Assembly (NCBI GenBank): GCA_965153285.1
Contig: OZ229110.1
DNA: 64,000 nt
Direction: 5' to 3' (one strand)
Origin: Podarcis tiliguerta
Lineage: Eukaryota
Shown piece after piece: positions 1-14,141 of the stretch. Each line of letters starts with the position of its first letter. The first letter of the stretch is position 1. The notes under the pieces are model-generated. The model had not been told where the DNA came from. It was given only the letters and a program-made list of their open reading frames with translations, and did no database searches. The translations under genes and the position numbers were made by a program.

Positions 1-410
1 TGCAGTGGTATTTGCGTAATAATGACCTATCCAACAGCTTTTATTGATCACATTTGATTAAAATACAGGGCATTTTCGGAGGAAAAAAAGAATTAGGCAA
101 TCAAAGCAATTTGCTTTAATTTTGTCTTAAATCTAAGTATAATAAAAGTAGAAAATCTAATGTCATCGTATCCATTTATGGCCTATGGAATAATTACATT
201 GGCAGCACAGCATGATGCCCAAAACTCAGAGATGCAAGAAAAGTTTATGGAAGTCTGATTCTGTATTTTAAATACACTGGGGTTTTGTTTTTGCTTCATT
301 TCTCTAAAAGCCGCCTCCTTTTTAAAAAGGGTAATTGCCAATCTCTTGTTCAGAATCTCTACAAATAGATTCAACAGGCTCTCCCTAAAACTTCTGTCTT
401 TAGTCTTCTT

Positions 411-445
411 CTTGTTGTTTTGTTGTTGTTGTTGTTGTTGTTGTT
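411..445. repeat. (TGT)n microsatellite
   Basis: Direct reading. Confidence 0.9.
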
Positions 446-1390
446 ATAGGCAGCTCAACTTAAAATAGGCTCATCTGCTTTAAGTAAACTCTTCTACGTT
501 ACTTGGCAGTGCTTTCTTTTGTACATGGCTCTTAAGAGACCATGGAAGCTCAAACGGCACAATGCAGATCATGCAAATCACCCTCGCACTGCTGGTGTAC
601 AGTGGCCTGATTGAGAGGCAGTATGCATGGCTCATGGGCCAACCACATGAAAGGAACAATTTTAAAGACCAGATGAGCTAAAGCTGGGCCAAGTTAGGCT
701 GATGTGTGAGCTTCAAAGGTTATGGAATAGCATCCTTATTTAAAATAAAACTGATTTTATTAATAACACCTGAACCAAGTTATTACTCATGGAGGAAACA
801 GAGAGGTACATGATGCTAAATGCATACCATACTTAACGCAGGGGGAATAAAGATTATGTTGAATTTGGGTATATGCGCCCTGGCACAGAACTGTATGTTT
901 TCCTGGAAGAGGTAGAAATAGACAACCGTTTCCCTTTCATTGCACGGTGCATTTTTGAGTGTCCAAGGAACTAGGTTACTTGCGGAGTGTGTGCTGGAAT
1001 AGGGGGTCAGTGTGTAGAAACCTTAATTGCTGAGGCAAGTTGATTAAGACTTGGTTTTGTGCTCAGCCTACTGAGACATGTGAAATCCAGAAAGAACCCA
1101 TTGCAACATGATAATAAAAATCATGGCACAATTGGAGACTGAGGGTGGACTGGGAGATAGGGAGATAAAAAAAGCAAATAAATATCCTGACCTTGAGAAT
1201 CTTCTCTAGTATATCTGGGACTTTTTTTCCTGATGCTACATTTATTTTTTCTTAGTAAAAAGGAACATGTAGAAGGACGTTTCTACTCCATAAGGAATGC
1301 AGTTTAGATGTTTTACAAATTGACTTTTTCACAAGATAGGAGATTGTCCAGCCTGAGTCTGATTAGGATATGTAAAAACACTCTATTTAA

Positions 1391-1433
<43 letters not shown>
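1391..1433. repeat. (TAG)n microsatellite
   Basis: Direct reading. Confidence 0.95.
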
Positions 1434-1434
<1 letters not shown>

Positions 1435-4400
1435 AGATGCTATTTTTGTTTGCAATGTTACTAAGGGGTCAATAATAAACTAATGTATCAAACATTTATT
1501 ACATTGTTGATATAAGACTGACTCTATTACGGTGCTTTGCTGCAGTTGTTTTAGCTACTTATCACCATTAGAGTCAGCAAGAGGCGCTGATCTTGGTTAG
1601 AAAGTCTCTGATGAGAAAACCAGTGTATCTGGAGAAGATGAAATTTTATATTAAAGTCCAGTTCTAACTTGCTTTTTAAAAAACCCCAAAACATAAAATA
1701 TAAGGTTGAGAAAAGACTAGTCCTCCGTCCAAGATCACATACCTGTGCGAGTGGAATACCTGCTTGTGCAATGGAACTTCCACTCTTTTAATTCCTCCCA
1801 TGCCATGACCCCCTGAGCTGCATTGGAGACTTGGGGAAACATTTCACTGAATCTAAATTACAGTATTTCGCAAACACGTGAACGAACCTGTCAGAATACA
1901 CTACAGTAGAGCACTTGTGTACTTCCTCCTGCTGGATTTAATGCTAAAGACAAATTTAATTTATTTATTTATTTTTATACCATGCTCTTCAAGGCAGCTT
2001 ATAAGGAGACAACTAAAAATTGTAGGTTCCATGTAAAAAATACCCACCTCAATAAAATAATCTTAAAACCCATATATATGTGTGTGTTTGGGGAGGGGTC
2101 ATGAAGAACCTTCCTTGAGAAGCTGTTGCACCACACAGTTTGGGGCACCACATTAAAAAATACAACAACATCCCTCTCTTTTCCACATCAGGCATGCTGT
2201 CAATGAAGGGAAGAGTTGGGTCTCAGAAACTGCATGCAGGTATTGGGCAGATACTGAGCATTTTCAAATACTGTGGTAATACTTGCACTTTTTCATTGGG
2301 TTACTTCTGTCCCTGTTGCATGTCTCCCAGCTGTAGTCATCAAAATGCAGGTGTGAGTGTATGAACCAGCCCTTGTGAACTAAACACTAAAAACCAGAAG
2401 AATCTTTAAATGCCAGTCGTAGACTGTGACCCTATGGATTATAGTTTGGAATAATTTGTGTGATTATATAGTCTGTTTTCAAACAAACTTTTTTGCAACA
2501 TTCCCTCCTGCTTTACGTTTTGCCTGTTTAAAATAAGGATGCCAAGGAAGAATATATTCCATTTTATGGTTGCTATTTTATCACGGTCGGAAATTACAAA
2601 ATGAATAAAGAAGCAGTCGTGTGTGTGTACGTGTGTTTCTGTTTGTCTGTCTGTCTCTTCACATATGCACACATGGGCATTTCACTTAGCATTTTGTAAT
2701 TTCTGTCTGTGTAAAACATTAATTTAAATAGTAATAAGTAAAAATTACATATGCATATCTGAAAAGGATTCCTTATGTTTGTTCTGTAAGCGCTGTCTTT
2801 GAATATCCTGATTTTTTAAAAGAAGAAGAAAAAGGAAAACCGATTTGATTTGCTGGTTAATAGGAGGAAAATGAAAGTATTATGTACACTTATTACAAAG
2901 TTGTTTGTCAGCTATTTATTTTCAGCCATACTTCTGCTAACAAACTCCATGTTGCTTGCTGCTGACAAACCTGTGATAGGCATCATATGCCTCCAGAACG
3001 AGAACTTCCTCAAGCAATATATCCACATGGCAACAGTTTGAAGAAAAAGGCATTCTTTCTCTCCTTCTCTCACATGTTACATTTTGGCACATCATAGAAG
3101 CAGGTAGCATATCCACTACCTGCTGTTGAAAGTGTTGAAGATACTGAATTATTTATTCAGTCTCTCTACACTATCCAAAACCGTTTTGGGTAGTTTGACA
3201 CATCTCGGTCTTCCATATGGATACTTCATGGTGACAGAGTTGCCAGCTGCTCAGGTTTTGTGACAATCTTCGATTTTCAAGGACTAGCTTTCTTGGGAAA
3301 ATCCTGTTTCACCCCCCCCCCCCGGAAATTTACCTTGTTCTTCTACAGTGGGAATACGGTTTTATGTTATAAAAACATTTGGCGGGAATAGTTAGTTTGG
3401 GTTAAGCTCAATTGATACAACAAATAAGCTTTATTATGATTACAATTGCTCATTTCTACACTGCTTTATACTTTTAATAAGAAAATCTCAAAGAGGTTTA
3501 CAACCTACGTTAAAATACTGAATAAAACATTACTGTAGAAAGTCAAACATAAAGTATACATTCAAAGCAATGTAATTTACAGGAAGCTAAAATATTATCT
3601 TTAAAGATTTCAAAATAAAACATTACAAAGGAGGTCAACTACAGAATGCACATTTAACTCAGCAAAGTTAACAAAAAAGTGTTTCAAGCATTTTGAAAGA
3701 AAACATTACTAAAGGAAGTAAAATATAAAATGCACATTTAAAATGGCATAGCTTGCAAGAAAATAAAATACCATCATAAGCGTAGTAGAACATATCTACT
3801 GCTAGTCCTGCTAATGGGGGTTCATGGTGAGCAGTGTCTGTTGAAGCTCAGGCTTGGTAACCTGGGTCTGCACTAAGAGATAGCCAAAATGGTCTCTGGC
3901 CTCTTCAGCAGCCTCAGCTTTTGTAGTTGGAGTCAGTCAGGGCCCTGCCTTCCTAAGCCAGGTGGGAAAGGGCCTGCATAGCAGGGAACAGCTCTTCCAG
4001 GGCTCACAGCCAAGATGGTCTCCAAGAACCCTCCAAAAGGGGTTTTAAAGATTAATATTCCTTAATTTTTCTCCAGCCTTTCTTCAAGACATGCATCAGG
4101 GTTGGAGGAAATGCAAGGTTTTAACCAATGCTAGTCATACTAAATATAGGCCCACCAAAATGAATAGTCATGACTCACTTAGGTCCATTAATTTCAATGG
4201 GTTGCCTCAGAAAATAACTTAGTTTGATTCAAACCACAGGTAGAAGCAAAACATGATTTATTTATTTTTACATGCAGTTTTCTGAAGATGAAGCACCTTA
4301 CATTTTCCTTTTTCGGAAACCTAACGGGATTAGCAGTTCTGCTGTCCATCTTTGGCATCTGCTTCCAGAATGTTCTCCACAGGTGTCATCTATGGAGGGC

Positions 4401-6823
4401 CCTGGGTGCTGAGACACCCACAAAAAATTCCACTATGGGTGCCTGACTGGGCAACCCAATGTGTCACACGTGTAATGTCACATGGCATGCCCAGTCCCCA
4501 TGGAGCTCATTGCAGCCATGGGAGGGTCTGATGGGACCTGTCACACCATGTGACGTGTGCAGTGCATATGACATAACACATGCGCACCAGGCACTCCCTA
4601 TGTGGAGCGAAACCTGGCACGCCTGGTGCTCTCATTGTATATTTGTAAATAAATATTACAAAGATACCATAAGACGTGAGTAAGTGAGTCCTCCTCCTCA
4701 TGGCATCCAAATGAAAGTTACCCTGGTAATAATAGTCCCCTGGATTTCTCAGTGCTCAGGGAAGTAGGAGTGCTTAGCTATTGTTACATGCTATAATCCC
4801 ATTCTAGAAGATAACGGAATTTGACAACTCCTGCAGCTCTCCTCTTTGGATTTGACATATGGTCCAATTTTCATATGCATTATTGTCATCTCATGATATT
4901 CTCCAGATGAGAGATACATGATTTGGAAGTATCCGGATTCTGGGTACATATGGGAACCATTTATACAACTGTATTGGCAGTTTGGAGTTATTGCAGTCAC
5001 AAGCCCAGTTCCATGGGGCCTAGGAAGCCACTTTACATGGTGGAGGAGTAGGCACATGTCAGTTCCCTCCACCATACAGATAATATAACATTTGAGTGAG
5101 GAAGTCCATTTGGAATACTTTGTACCCTTAAACCATGGCACATGGTGTCCCTTTTACAAATCACATTCTGTGCACAGGAAAGTACTTGTGCACAGAATGC
5201 TAAGAAGATTGCTGGTTTCATAAATATAAGAACTAGGTCACAGAAATTTCTTTTTTTAGTGTGCCTGGGTCACATGCCCCTTTTCTACATGCAGTCACAT
5301 GCACAAGCATGTTTAGAGCAGTCACACTGAGAAAAGTAGCTGGTGGAATTCATGCAGTGAGCCATCCTTTAAAAGTGTCAAGGCCCATCTAAGTGTAGCA
5401 TTCTGCTTTCACAATGTCCAACTTGGGAAGACAGGGCCTTAGTGCAGCATGATGCTGCCCGCTTGCAGTTCCTACCAACTGGTATTCAGAAGCATTCTGC
5501 CTTCAACAGGGCAAGCAGAACATCAGCATCTGGCTAGTTGCCATTGTTGGATAGCCTTTATCCCACATGAATAGTCCTCTTTTAAAGCCATCCAAGATGG
5601 TAGTCTCATTACATCTGGTGGGAATGTAAGATCATATGAAGAGAAGTACATTTGCATGCTTTGTACTGACCACCTTCCAGAAAGACCACTGCAGTCTTTC
5701 TGGATGGTATTCAACTAGCTTTTCCCAACTCCTTGACTGCGTATTTCTCACATTTCCAAATAATTACGGCAAATCTTTCATAAGTAGGTGTTCCTTGCCC
5801 ACTCACAAGGCTAGCAAGGTTATAGGATAGGGAAACTTTCAAATAAGGTGCCCCAATCCTAAGAAGTTGGGGTAAACTTTGTACTTGGTTTATGTTCTGC
5901 TAAGATTATACTGGTAATAAAATAACCCTTCCCTGATCATATGGCACATTAAAATAATCTTACAGTGCAATCATATGCAAGTTTACATAGGGGGGAAAGG
6001 CTGAATCTTTTCGGTGGACCTTGTTTCCAGGTCAGAGTGCATAGCCTCAGTTTTACAGCTTTGTCCATGAAGTGTTTTCATTTCAGTGGAATTTCTATAG
6101 ATTTATCTGTGCACAAGGTTGCTGTCTTTGTTACAGTGTATCGTAGATGAGTTTGCATATTTGTGTCTGCAGATAAGCTTGCATATTCTCTCAGAAACAG
6201 AAGCTAGTCCATTTCTTTTTTCTTAAAAAAAAAAAAAGGGTCACCCTACTTATTTGGTATGTCCCTTGATGGAAGCAAAGAAGGTAATATAATGGCTCGT
6301 GGTGAATCATCAGGTCTAAAAGTGAAAATGTGTATCTGCCAGTAATTAATTGTGGCTAAACTTAACTACAAAGGGAGGAGAAAATTATTACCATACTCCT
6401 CATAAAACTCAGGAAGCTTGAATGAAGTTACCTAAAAATAAAAGCAGTCTTTAAAGGCTCTTTCGTTACATCTCAGAAGTCTATCTCAAAATCTTTTTAA
6501 AGTTTACTTCTTGATGTTACAGCTTAATATAAAAATACTTATCTGATTAGCTGTTGTTTGGAATTGCTCTTGGAAAGCTATATCAAAACTGTACTGGGGA
6601 TTTAGCACTGGAATTCAGCAGCTATAGCATACCTCTAATGAGGATAACAATTTTATCAATTTATGCCAATTGAATATTATAACCTGGCTTACACTGGAGT
6701 GCAAAATTTCTTATAGCTCCTTTATTCTTCCTGAACAACTCTGTGAAACTGTGATAGGGTATCAGTTTTCAGTTTTATGTACAATGCCTCAGTAGGAATG
6801 GCTAGCGGTGTGCTGATTTATGG

Positions 6824-6952
6824 TAGGGTTGGGGTATCTGTAGCCTTCCAGATGTTTTTAGACTGAAATTCCCCTGAGCCTCGACCAGTGGCCAACATGG
6901 TTGATGGAAGCTAGAGCTCAACATTATCTGGAGAACCACAGATTCCCACCTG
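6824..6952. mobile_element. Degenerate hAT MITE (similar remnants at about 57460-57545 and 59895-60012)
   Basis: ccttccagatgtttttagactg...acattatctggagaaccacagattcccacctg. Confidence 0.55.
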
Positions 6953-9479
6953 ATGTAAACAGTGTTTTGGGATCATCATCTTGGAAAAGGATTACCAGAA
7001 AAATGGCCATGCTGGCAACTTGGGTCAGAGACCATGATTAGGAATTGATGTTGCAAACAAAAGCCCAGATGGTTTGATTATTACTAAGTAATACAGACTT
7101 TGGTTGGTTCTGTGAAATAAATGAGGTGGTATTTCCATGGAGACAGTTTGGTTTGCTGGGTGTTGGTTGGACTCTTCCCCCATTTAAAGCATTCTGTTCA
7201 TAGCATATAACTTCTCTGAAGTTTAGCTCCTAATCTGGGAGACAGCACTGTACATCTGTCAATGAATAGACTTGACTCCTTCCTTGAACAATCTATTGAC
7301 AAATGAAAAAAAACATCCTGCGCTTGTGTAAGCAGCAGGAGATTCAGCAAATTACAGGCATGTCTACTTTCTTAGGGCTAAACTAATCTTGAGGAAAGAC
7401 ATTGTTAGAAACTGAGATTTGAAAGCTAGGAGCTAAATGGCACCTTAAACCCAGGTTGTGGGCGCAACAACGGAATGTCTAGGCACTCCTTTTTAATAAC
7501 AAAAATACAAAGCTGAAAATGAATGAACTGCAGCTAAAATATTATGTTCATTTTTCACATGGTCTAGTCCTTCCCCTGCCCACTCCCTTAATATTCTTAA
7601 GAGGGTATCTTCTCCAGGCTTCAGGAAGTAGCTAGAAGTGGGGAGGAAGAAAAAGATCCTCTTTTCCTTCCACTCTGCAGTTTTAATCTGAAATCTTAGG
7701 CTCAGTTCTGTGCCCAGAGCTCAGAAACTGCTTGCGCTAATGAAATTCCTTGTCACAAAATGCACCTAGAACAATGGGAGTTTGGAACACTGAGGGAACC
7801 CACTTGTTTTCCCCAAACTAGAACAATTTGTAATTTGGCTGTTGTAGTTGGTAGGAATTTTAATAGAACATCTTGGAAAAAGATCAGAATTTGAGCAACA
7901 AAACAGGAAATCTGCACCTTGAATGTATAAAACTGGGGGGGGGGGGGGACATAACTTCATTTTTTTAAGGGACAGTATTCATGTCCACAACATAATTAAT
8001 ACTGTTGCCTAGGCTTGTTTTTTTAAGGTGTATTTTTGAAAGACATCTATACCATTTGCATTTGGAGAAACATGCCTATTTCAGAACAGTTTATGATAAA
8101 TTGCTATGGCATTTTTCTCCTATAATACAGTTTTTGAACACCTCCCCCCCCCCCCCCCCCGGTCTCTGTATTCTGGCTATGCATGCACCCAATTTACTTT
8201 TATTGAGAACAGCAGATCTGCATCTGCATTCCAGCTGCTTTGACTATCGGGAACCAGTCTGCATGGTATGGAAGGCCTTGCAGCACCCCCCCTTCCCGCA
8301 ACATGGTGACAATGTAAGACACACTTGCAAGTGCCCCTCTCCATGCTGCAACAGCCCCAGAAAAATGGGAGGTTATACAAGGTGGGGCATGTAGGAACCT
8401 TATGCATGGTCTCAGGCTTGTCATGTTACCAAGACAATAATGGAAGATGGGGCACTCATGCAAGCCCATGCTGCAAGAATTAATAACCAGGAGTAACTGA
8501 ATGCAGTAGTTTCAGGTGTCCACAAAAATGCATGTGAAGGTCATATAGGATGCCTGTTGGTTTCCAGTACAGTGCACTGCTTTTGAGTCACTACAGACCC
8601 ATTGTGGCTGGAGTTCAGAAGACAAAACATTTTCAGTGCATTGACAATGGACAGTATGTCTCCTTATAGAGAGAAAATGGGTTAAAGAAGCATTCACTGA
8701 ATGATTTATCAAATTGCTTTTTTGGGGATGACACCAGTTCACATTCTAAAATAAATGAATGAGTTGCAATCCTAGATATTTGCTAGTTATATATTAGTAT
8801 GTACATATAGTAATTACATTGAGAGGAAAAATATTTTTTTCATAACAATTAATGTTTGTAAATGTTTATGGAAGTACATAACAAATATAACAAACACATG
8901 GACTAATTAAGATGAAAGGGATGACAACCCTTGTGGCTTCTTCTGAAAAATAAAGAACATTACAATAGTAAGACTTAATTATTTCTGTAAACATTTCAAA
9001 TTAGTTTCTGTATAAAAACTGAATTTATAAAATAGTTTATATCATCTAAGCCTTTTGACATTTGTACATACTATGTCAAGAATAAATTAGTCCTCATTTT
9101 TTATTTATTATATTATAGATTCTAATATATTATCGTTTATTGCTCTATATCTTTGTTTGAATTTTTAAAGTTGCTTATTGTTGAAGCACAAATGAAAAAG
9201 CTTTTTGTTGTGATTTATACATTCCCTTCGTATACAGTATCAAAATATAACTGTTACATGTTGATTGAATATTAATATATAATAAATAATTGAGTATTAA
9301 AGTAAGTAATCTGTTATGTTTTATGCATGAATAATGCTAGCTGATGAATAAATACTCATTCCCCCCCAAAAAAAACCCAAAAACAAAGCAATCAATTGAC
9401 CCATTTCTTTAGTTTGGCATCCTGTTCATATATGGGGAGACGGAGTATTCGTCAGTAGTCTCAATCCTCTTGCCTATAT

Positions 9480-11400
9480 GTTGCCAATTATCAGGAGTCA
9501 AATAATATATTTTATTTTACATTCTATGGAAGGGGTGAAAACCTGTACTTGTTGCCGGTTTAATCTGTATGGATCCACTCTGATATAAGAACTAGTTGCT
9601 GTGGCTTCCTGGTTCTTAGCAAAACCTGCAGCCGGCAACTTTGCTTCTATCCATTTCTTGGTAGAGCAACAACAGATAAGTAGAAACATTCCTGACAGCC
9701 GCAGTTCATACATTTATTGTAGCCAAAGGCCATTACAAATATGTAGCATTAGTATTAATAAAATAATACAGAGCAAACATCCACAATATAAGCCAACATA
9801 CACTGTTGGAGCACTGAACTATATAACCCTTTGAGCCAAGGGAATAGTTTATGAGTGGTGGGATTGAGCAATGCATTCCCAGGCATGCTACCGGTGCCTT
9901 TCCCCCACTCATATAATGCAAAAGTACTTTTGTTTGTAGTGGAGGGCAGGCTTCCCTTTCAGAATAAAGGAAAGAGTTATATTTGGCAAGCAGCTCATTG
10001 CCAGAAGATCATGCACCTGTTTGCCAAGAATTGGATGGGTCTTTTATAGCTGCAGCTGTACAGAACAGTGCTGAACCAGCGCGCCCAAAGCCATTTCATA
10101 GGACTGAGCCACCAAAAGTCATGCTCACCCTTCACCAGCCCTGTGGCAAAATGGGGAAAATCATTCACCGTAAATGCTGAGTTATTTTGAAGTTTACATT
10201 CTGCAGACCAAAGGGGCAGGCAAATATGTATTCAGATTTATGTGTATCTAATACACCACACATGTGCCTAATGGCTATGAAAGTCTCAAACAGTTCATTC
10301 ACTCACATGTGAGTTTGGCCTACTCTATTTGTTCCAATTATGGGCAAATTCGGGTTGCGCTGGGAAAGCATGTGGCTGACTACACCATTGTAAAGTATTT
10401 GGCATCCTTTTGTGTCGAATATTTAGAACAGATGATCACTTAATAAATGTTGGGTTTTGTTTTTGCTTTTTTTGCTGGGTAGCGGGCTTGTGTTTGCTAA
10501 CATGGTATATAGCGTGCGTGTGCGTAAATGCACTGCGCATTAGCATTTTGTAACGTTGATCAGGTTGGATAAGAATAATGTTAACGGCAGTTTTAAATTT
10601 ACTCTTATTTTGTGAGATAACATGCTAATGATGTAGCTGTTTTAATTTGACTTTAGCAGACAGTTTAAATATAGGTTTCCCTTACAGAGACAAAAGTTGC
10701 AATTTAAAGCTCTTTGGTGGTCTAAAAACAGCTTAATTCTCTAGTAGCATGGTAATAAGCACTAATCCAGCTTATGCAGTGATTGTAGTATGTCATGTTT
10801 GTGAAAGATTGCCTAACTAGGCTTTCTCTGGGTTTTATGTAAAAAAATTAAATGTAAAACCTTATAACATCTTTATGCTGAGACAAACTGTTCAATTTAA
10901 CTTGCGCTCAAGCAGCAGCTGTCAGGAATTATCATGTTCCCTGCGTTCTTGGTATCACCTTGTGTCCTTACCTCCTAGATAGACTCTGTGGGATGATAAA
11001 GCTCACCTTGTTAGGATTTATTACTGAAATAATAACCTGAGGTAAAATGAAAGTTGATGTCACACGGAATGACAGCTGACATATATTTATGTCATGGGCA
11101 ACATTATAATAATAAAACTTCCTTTCCCTTCCCTGGCACTAGGTGTTAAGTGGAAGTGTGCCTCATCATATCCTCCAGTGCCCTGCGTAGGGAGTCCATT
11201 AGACAAATACACAGTTCCTCTGTGGGCATGTTCACTGTAACGTGCCCTGTCAGGTGTTGTTTAAGCTTTAAACCGTGGCTCCGTGGCGGTACAAAACAGA
11301 CCTGTGGGGCGACTGTGCGTGCGTTCTTACAATGTCATGAGATTTATTTTTTAAAAGAGCACAGTTTTATCGCTTCAGTGGGGAAGTAAAATCTTTTGTA
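9480..11400. promoter_or_regulatory. Candidate conserved non-coding/enhancer block
   Basis: No recognisable repeat, locally retained CpGs (10340-10560, 11180-11375), several TGACAG/CTGTCA motifs. Conservation not verified. Confidence 0.4.
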
Positions 11401-11529
11401 GCTGTGGTTTTTTTAGTTACCTAGAGGTCCCATACAAGTAAGATAAGCAAAGCAAGAGTTAGCAATGAATGGTCACGGGACTTTACCTCAGAGGTGCTTC
11501 AACAGCTGCCAGTATATGGTTGAGAAATG

Positions 11530-12140
11530 TCACCGGGTTCTAGTATTATGAGGGAGAAGGGTGAGGAACACTGTCTCCACACCATTAATAATTTTATACA
11601 CCTTCGTCCTGTCACGTCTTACTTGACCTTCTTTAAACTAAAAAGCCTCAAATGTTGTATCCTTTCCTCATGAAGGAGTTGCTCCATCACACCTACCATT
11701 TTTGTTACTCTTTTGTGAACCTTTTCCTGCTCCACAATATCCTCCTTGAGGCGAGTTGATCAAAACTACACCAGGCATAGGCAAATTCGGCCCTCCAGAT
11801 GTTTTGAGACTACAACTCCCATCATCCTAGCTAACAGGACCAGTGGTCAGGGATGATGGGAGTTGTAGTCCCAAAACATCTGGAGGGCTGCTGTACACAG
11901 TTCATAGAATCATAGAGTTGGAATAGACCACAAGGGCCAATGAGTCCAACCCCCTGCCAAGCAGTTCTCCATATGCAGCTGCGACTTTATAACGACTTTA
12001 TAATACTGACAGTTTTATTTTCAGTCCCTCTCCTAATAATCCCTGGCATGGATTTTGCCACCTTCCTAGCTGACACACACTGGGTCGACATCTTCATTAG
12101 GCTATCCATTACAACCCCAGGGTCTTGTTCCTGGCCAGTC
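11530..12140 (-). mobile_element. CR1 LINE ORF2 3' fragment interrupted by a hAT MITE and a short CR1-type tail
   Basis: Minus-strand peptide EQDPGVVMDSLMKMSTQCVSARKVAKSMPGIIRRGTENKTVSII matches the CR1 RT C-terminal pattern (ERDLGV..D..MKMS.QC....KKANSMLGIIRKGIENK). Insert catagaatcatagagttggaa...ccccctgcc at about 11903-11962. Confidence 0.85.
11772..11889. mobile_element. Palindromic hAT (Charlie/MER5-like) MITE, 3'-truncated
   Basis: ccctccagatgttttgagactacaactcccatcatcc ... ggatgatgggagttgtagtcccaaaacatctggaggg fold-back. Same family as 56195. Confidence 0.8.
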
Positions 12141-13151
12141 ACAACCCATGAAGGTACATGGGAAGTTATGTACCCCCCTCCCCCATTGCACATTGCTTTA
12201 AACTTACTTTGAGGTGTTGGACTCCCTGCTAAATGGGGTGGACTGTGGCATAGAGTGCTGAGGGGGATGCCAGAATATGAGGTAGCATCACCCATGAGTG
12301 GTAGCCCAATTTACAAAAGGTGCGTCTTCTCAGTTTTCAGCGATTCCTCCACATCACAGCCCGTTCCCTTCAACAAGGCCCCTTGACCCTTGGAAGATGC
12401 TTTTATGGGTGTTACTTGGAAGAGGAGAAAATGAAAAGTAATCTTCTTGCCCACTCCTTCTGTAGAGTTTTCTCCGGATCCAATCTCTGATTTAGCCTTA
12501 ATATTAGAGGCTCCACTTAAAGGTGGAGCCGTTGAGTTCTGCCTCTCTAGGTGTGACCAGGATGTTGTGGTAGCTATTCAAGCACAACTCAATTTATTCT
12601 GGAAGGTTCCTTTGAAAATCATATTCAACATAATTCAATTTAGTGTTAAATCCTGAACAAGGAGCTGAGAGTTAAAGAATACAATATTCAATCACAGTTT
12701 GCTTTCCTTATTAACGCAAGGAGTGGATTTGAAAGAGAGTATGTATTGTGTTAGTGTTCCTTTGTGGTAAAAGGAAACGGGTGTTTCGGGTCGGAGGTGA
12801 CTTAGCTTTAACATAGCCACACTCTCCGTCAACGACTTGTTATGCTATTGTTGTTGGTTTTGCTGTCAGATTTCTGTGAAAAGGACTGTCACCATGAATT
12901 TGCCTTAAACGTTAAGGCCCTTAAGGCAATACCTGGCCAGAGTCTTGGACTTGACAAAGGAGTGTTAACAGCCAGGGATATTCAGGTCATGTGTCTCTGT
13001 GAAAGCTAATTGTTAGAAGATTGCTTCTTGATACAGGACCACACAGCAATGTGCTGTTTAGCAGGGGGGACGGGGGACGGACGGACCATCAGATAAAAGA
13101 GTAGGGAGCATTCTCCCCACCCTAGTTTCAGCTGAGGATGGTGTAATCTAG

Positions 13152-13153
<2 letters not shown>

Positions 13154-13182
<29 letters not shown>
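13154..13182. repeat. (GT)n microsatellite
   Basis: Direct reading. Confidence 0.95.
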
Positions 13183-13244
13183 GAGAAGTAGGACGAGAAC
13201 TGAGTTTCTGGGCTCTGCAAGCTATTAGACTCTTTGGTGATTAG

Positions 13245-13286
13245 ATGTGGGGCAGTAGCTCTGGTTATGTGGGGCAGTAGCTCTGG
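13245..13286. repeat. 20-bp tandem duplication atgtggggcagtagctctgg (period 22)
   Basis: Two identical copies separated by tt. Confidence 0.9.
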
Positions 13287-14141
13287 AAGCTTGTTGGGTT
13301 GTTTATTTTTAAATAAACTCAAATATTGAATACCCTAAGCTTAAAGTGATGTTCTACCCAAAGAAAACTAAAGCACCACACCCCTGGAATTTCTCATTGC
13401 TTGGAGAAGAGTCGCCCATATGATACTAAGTACTACATTTGCATATTTCTATAGCTTTTTAAGTTTGTTTCAGGCAGCCAGGTTTACCATATGATCTGCA
13501 CCTGTGTTGTATAATTTGAAAGCAGTGACAAGTCTTACTGACTGCTCCAAGTACTGTGGCAATAGATGGGACAGAATGAACAAAACAACAAATGCTATGG
13601 TGGATATTTAATATGAAAAAAGTAGGGAAAGGAAATCTTAACATGAAAAATAAAAACCACAGTAGATATGTCTATTGCATAAATCAAAAGGCTTTATGTC
13701 ATAACATGAGCATGTGCCACACCGGCTCATATATTGAATTTCAGTAGTTGGTTGCATAAAGAAGTAAAGTGTAATGAAACTGGCAAGCAAAGTATTCCCC
13801 AGTCAGCCTTATCTTTGTTCCATTTGTCCTTCAGACACAGCTTTTCTAGCGTTTTTCAATAAAACCCATCCAGCTCTCTCTCTCTCTTTTACTTTGCATC
13901 TCTCTGTAACTGAGCTGAGAAAACCAATGAGATTCAGTGCTTTTCTACTTGAGTCCTTAGCAGCTGTTTTTTAAGAGATCAAAACTTAGAATGCTGCTAC
14001 ATGGTATTAAGGCTTAGCCACTGATGTGTCCCTATAGAGGTTATGTTTTTCTTGTGGGGAGAGCGGTGGGAGGGAAAGGGTGAAGGGTGACACTTTTGAG
14101 CAGGCTTGTAGACAGTAAACACTACTTTCCTTGTTTCTTAG

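Noticed and set aside
4791-5141. 116-aa minus-strand ORF
   Set aside because: No recognisable motif, no splice support, and length within chance expectation.
11772-11889. Long hairpins as miRNA precursors (also 37166, 56195, 60128)
   Set aside because: Explained by palindromic hAT MITEs, most with 8-bp TSDs.
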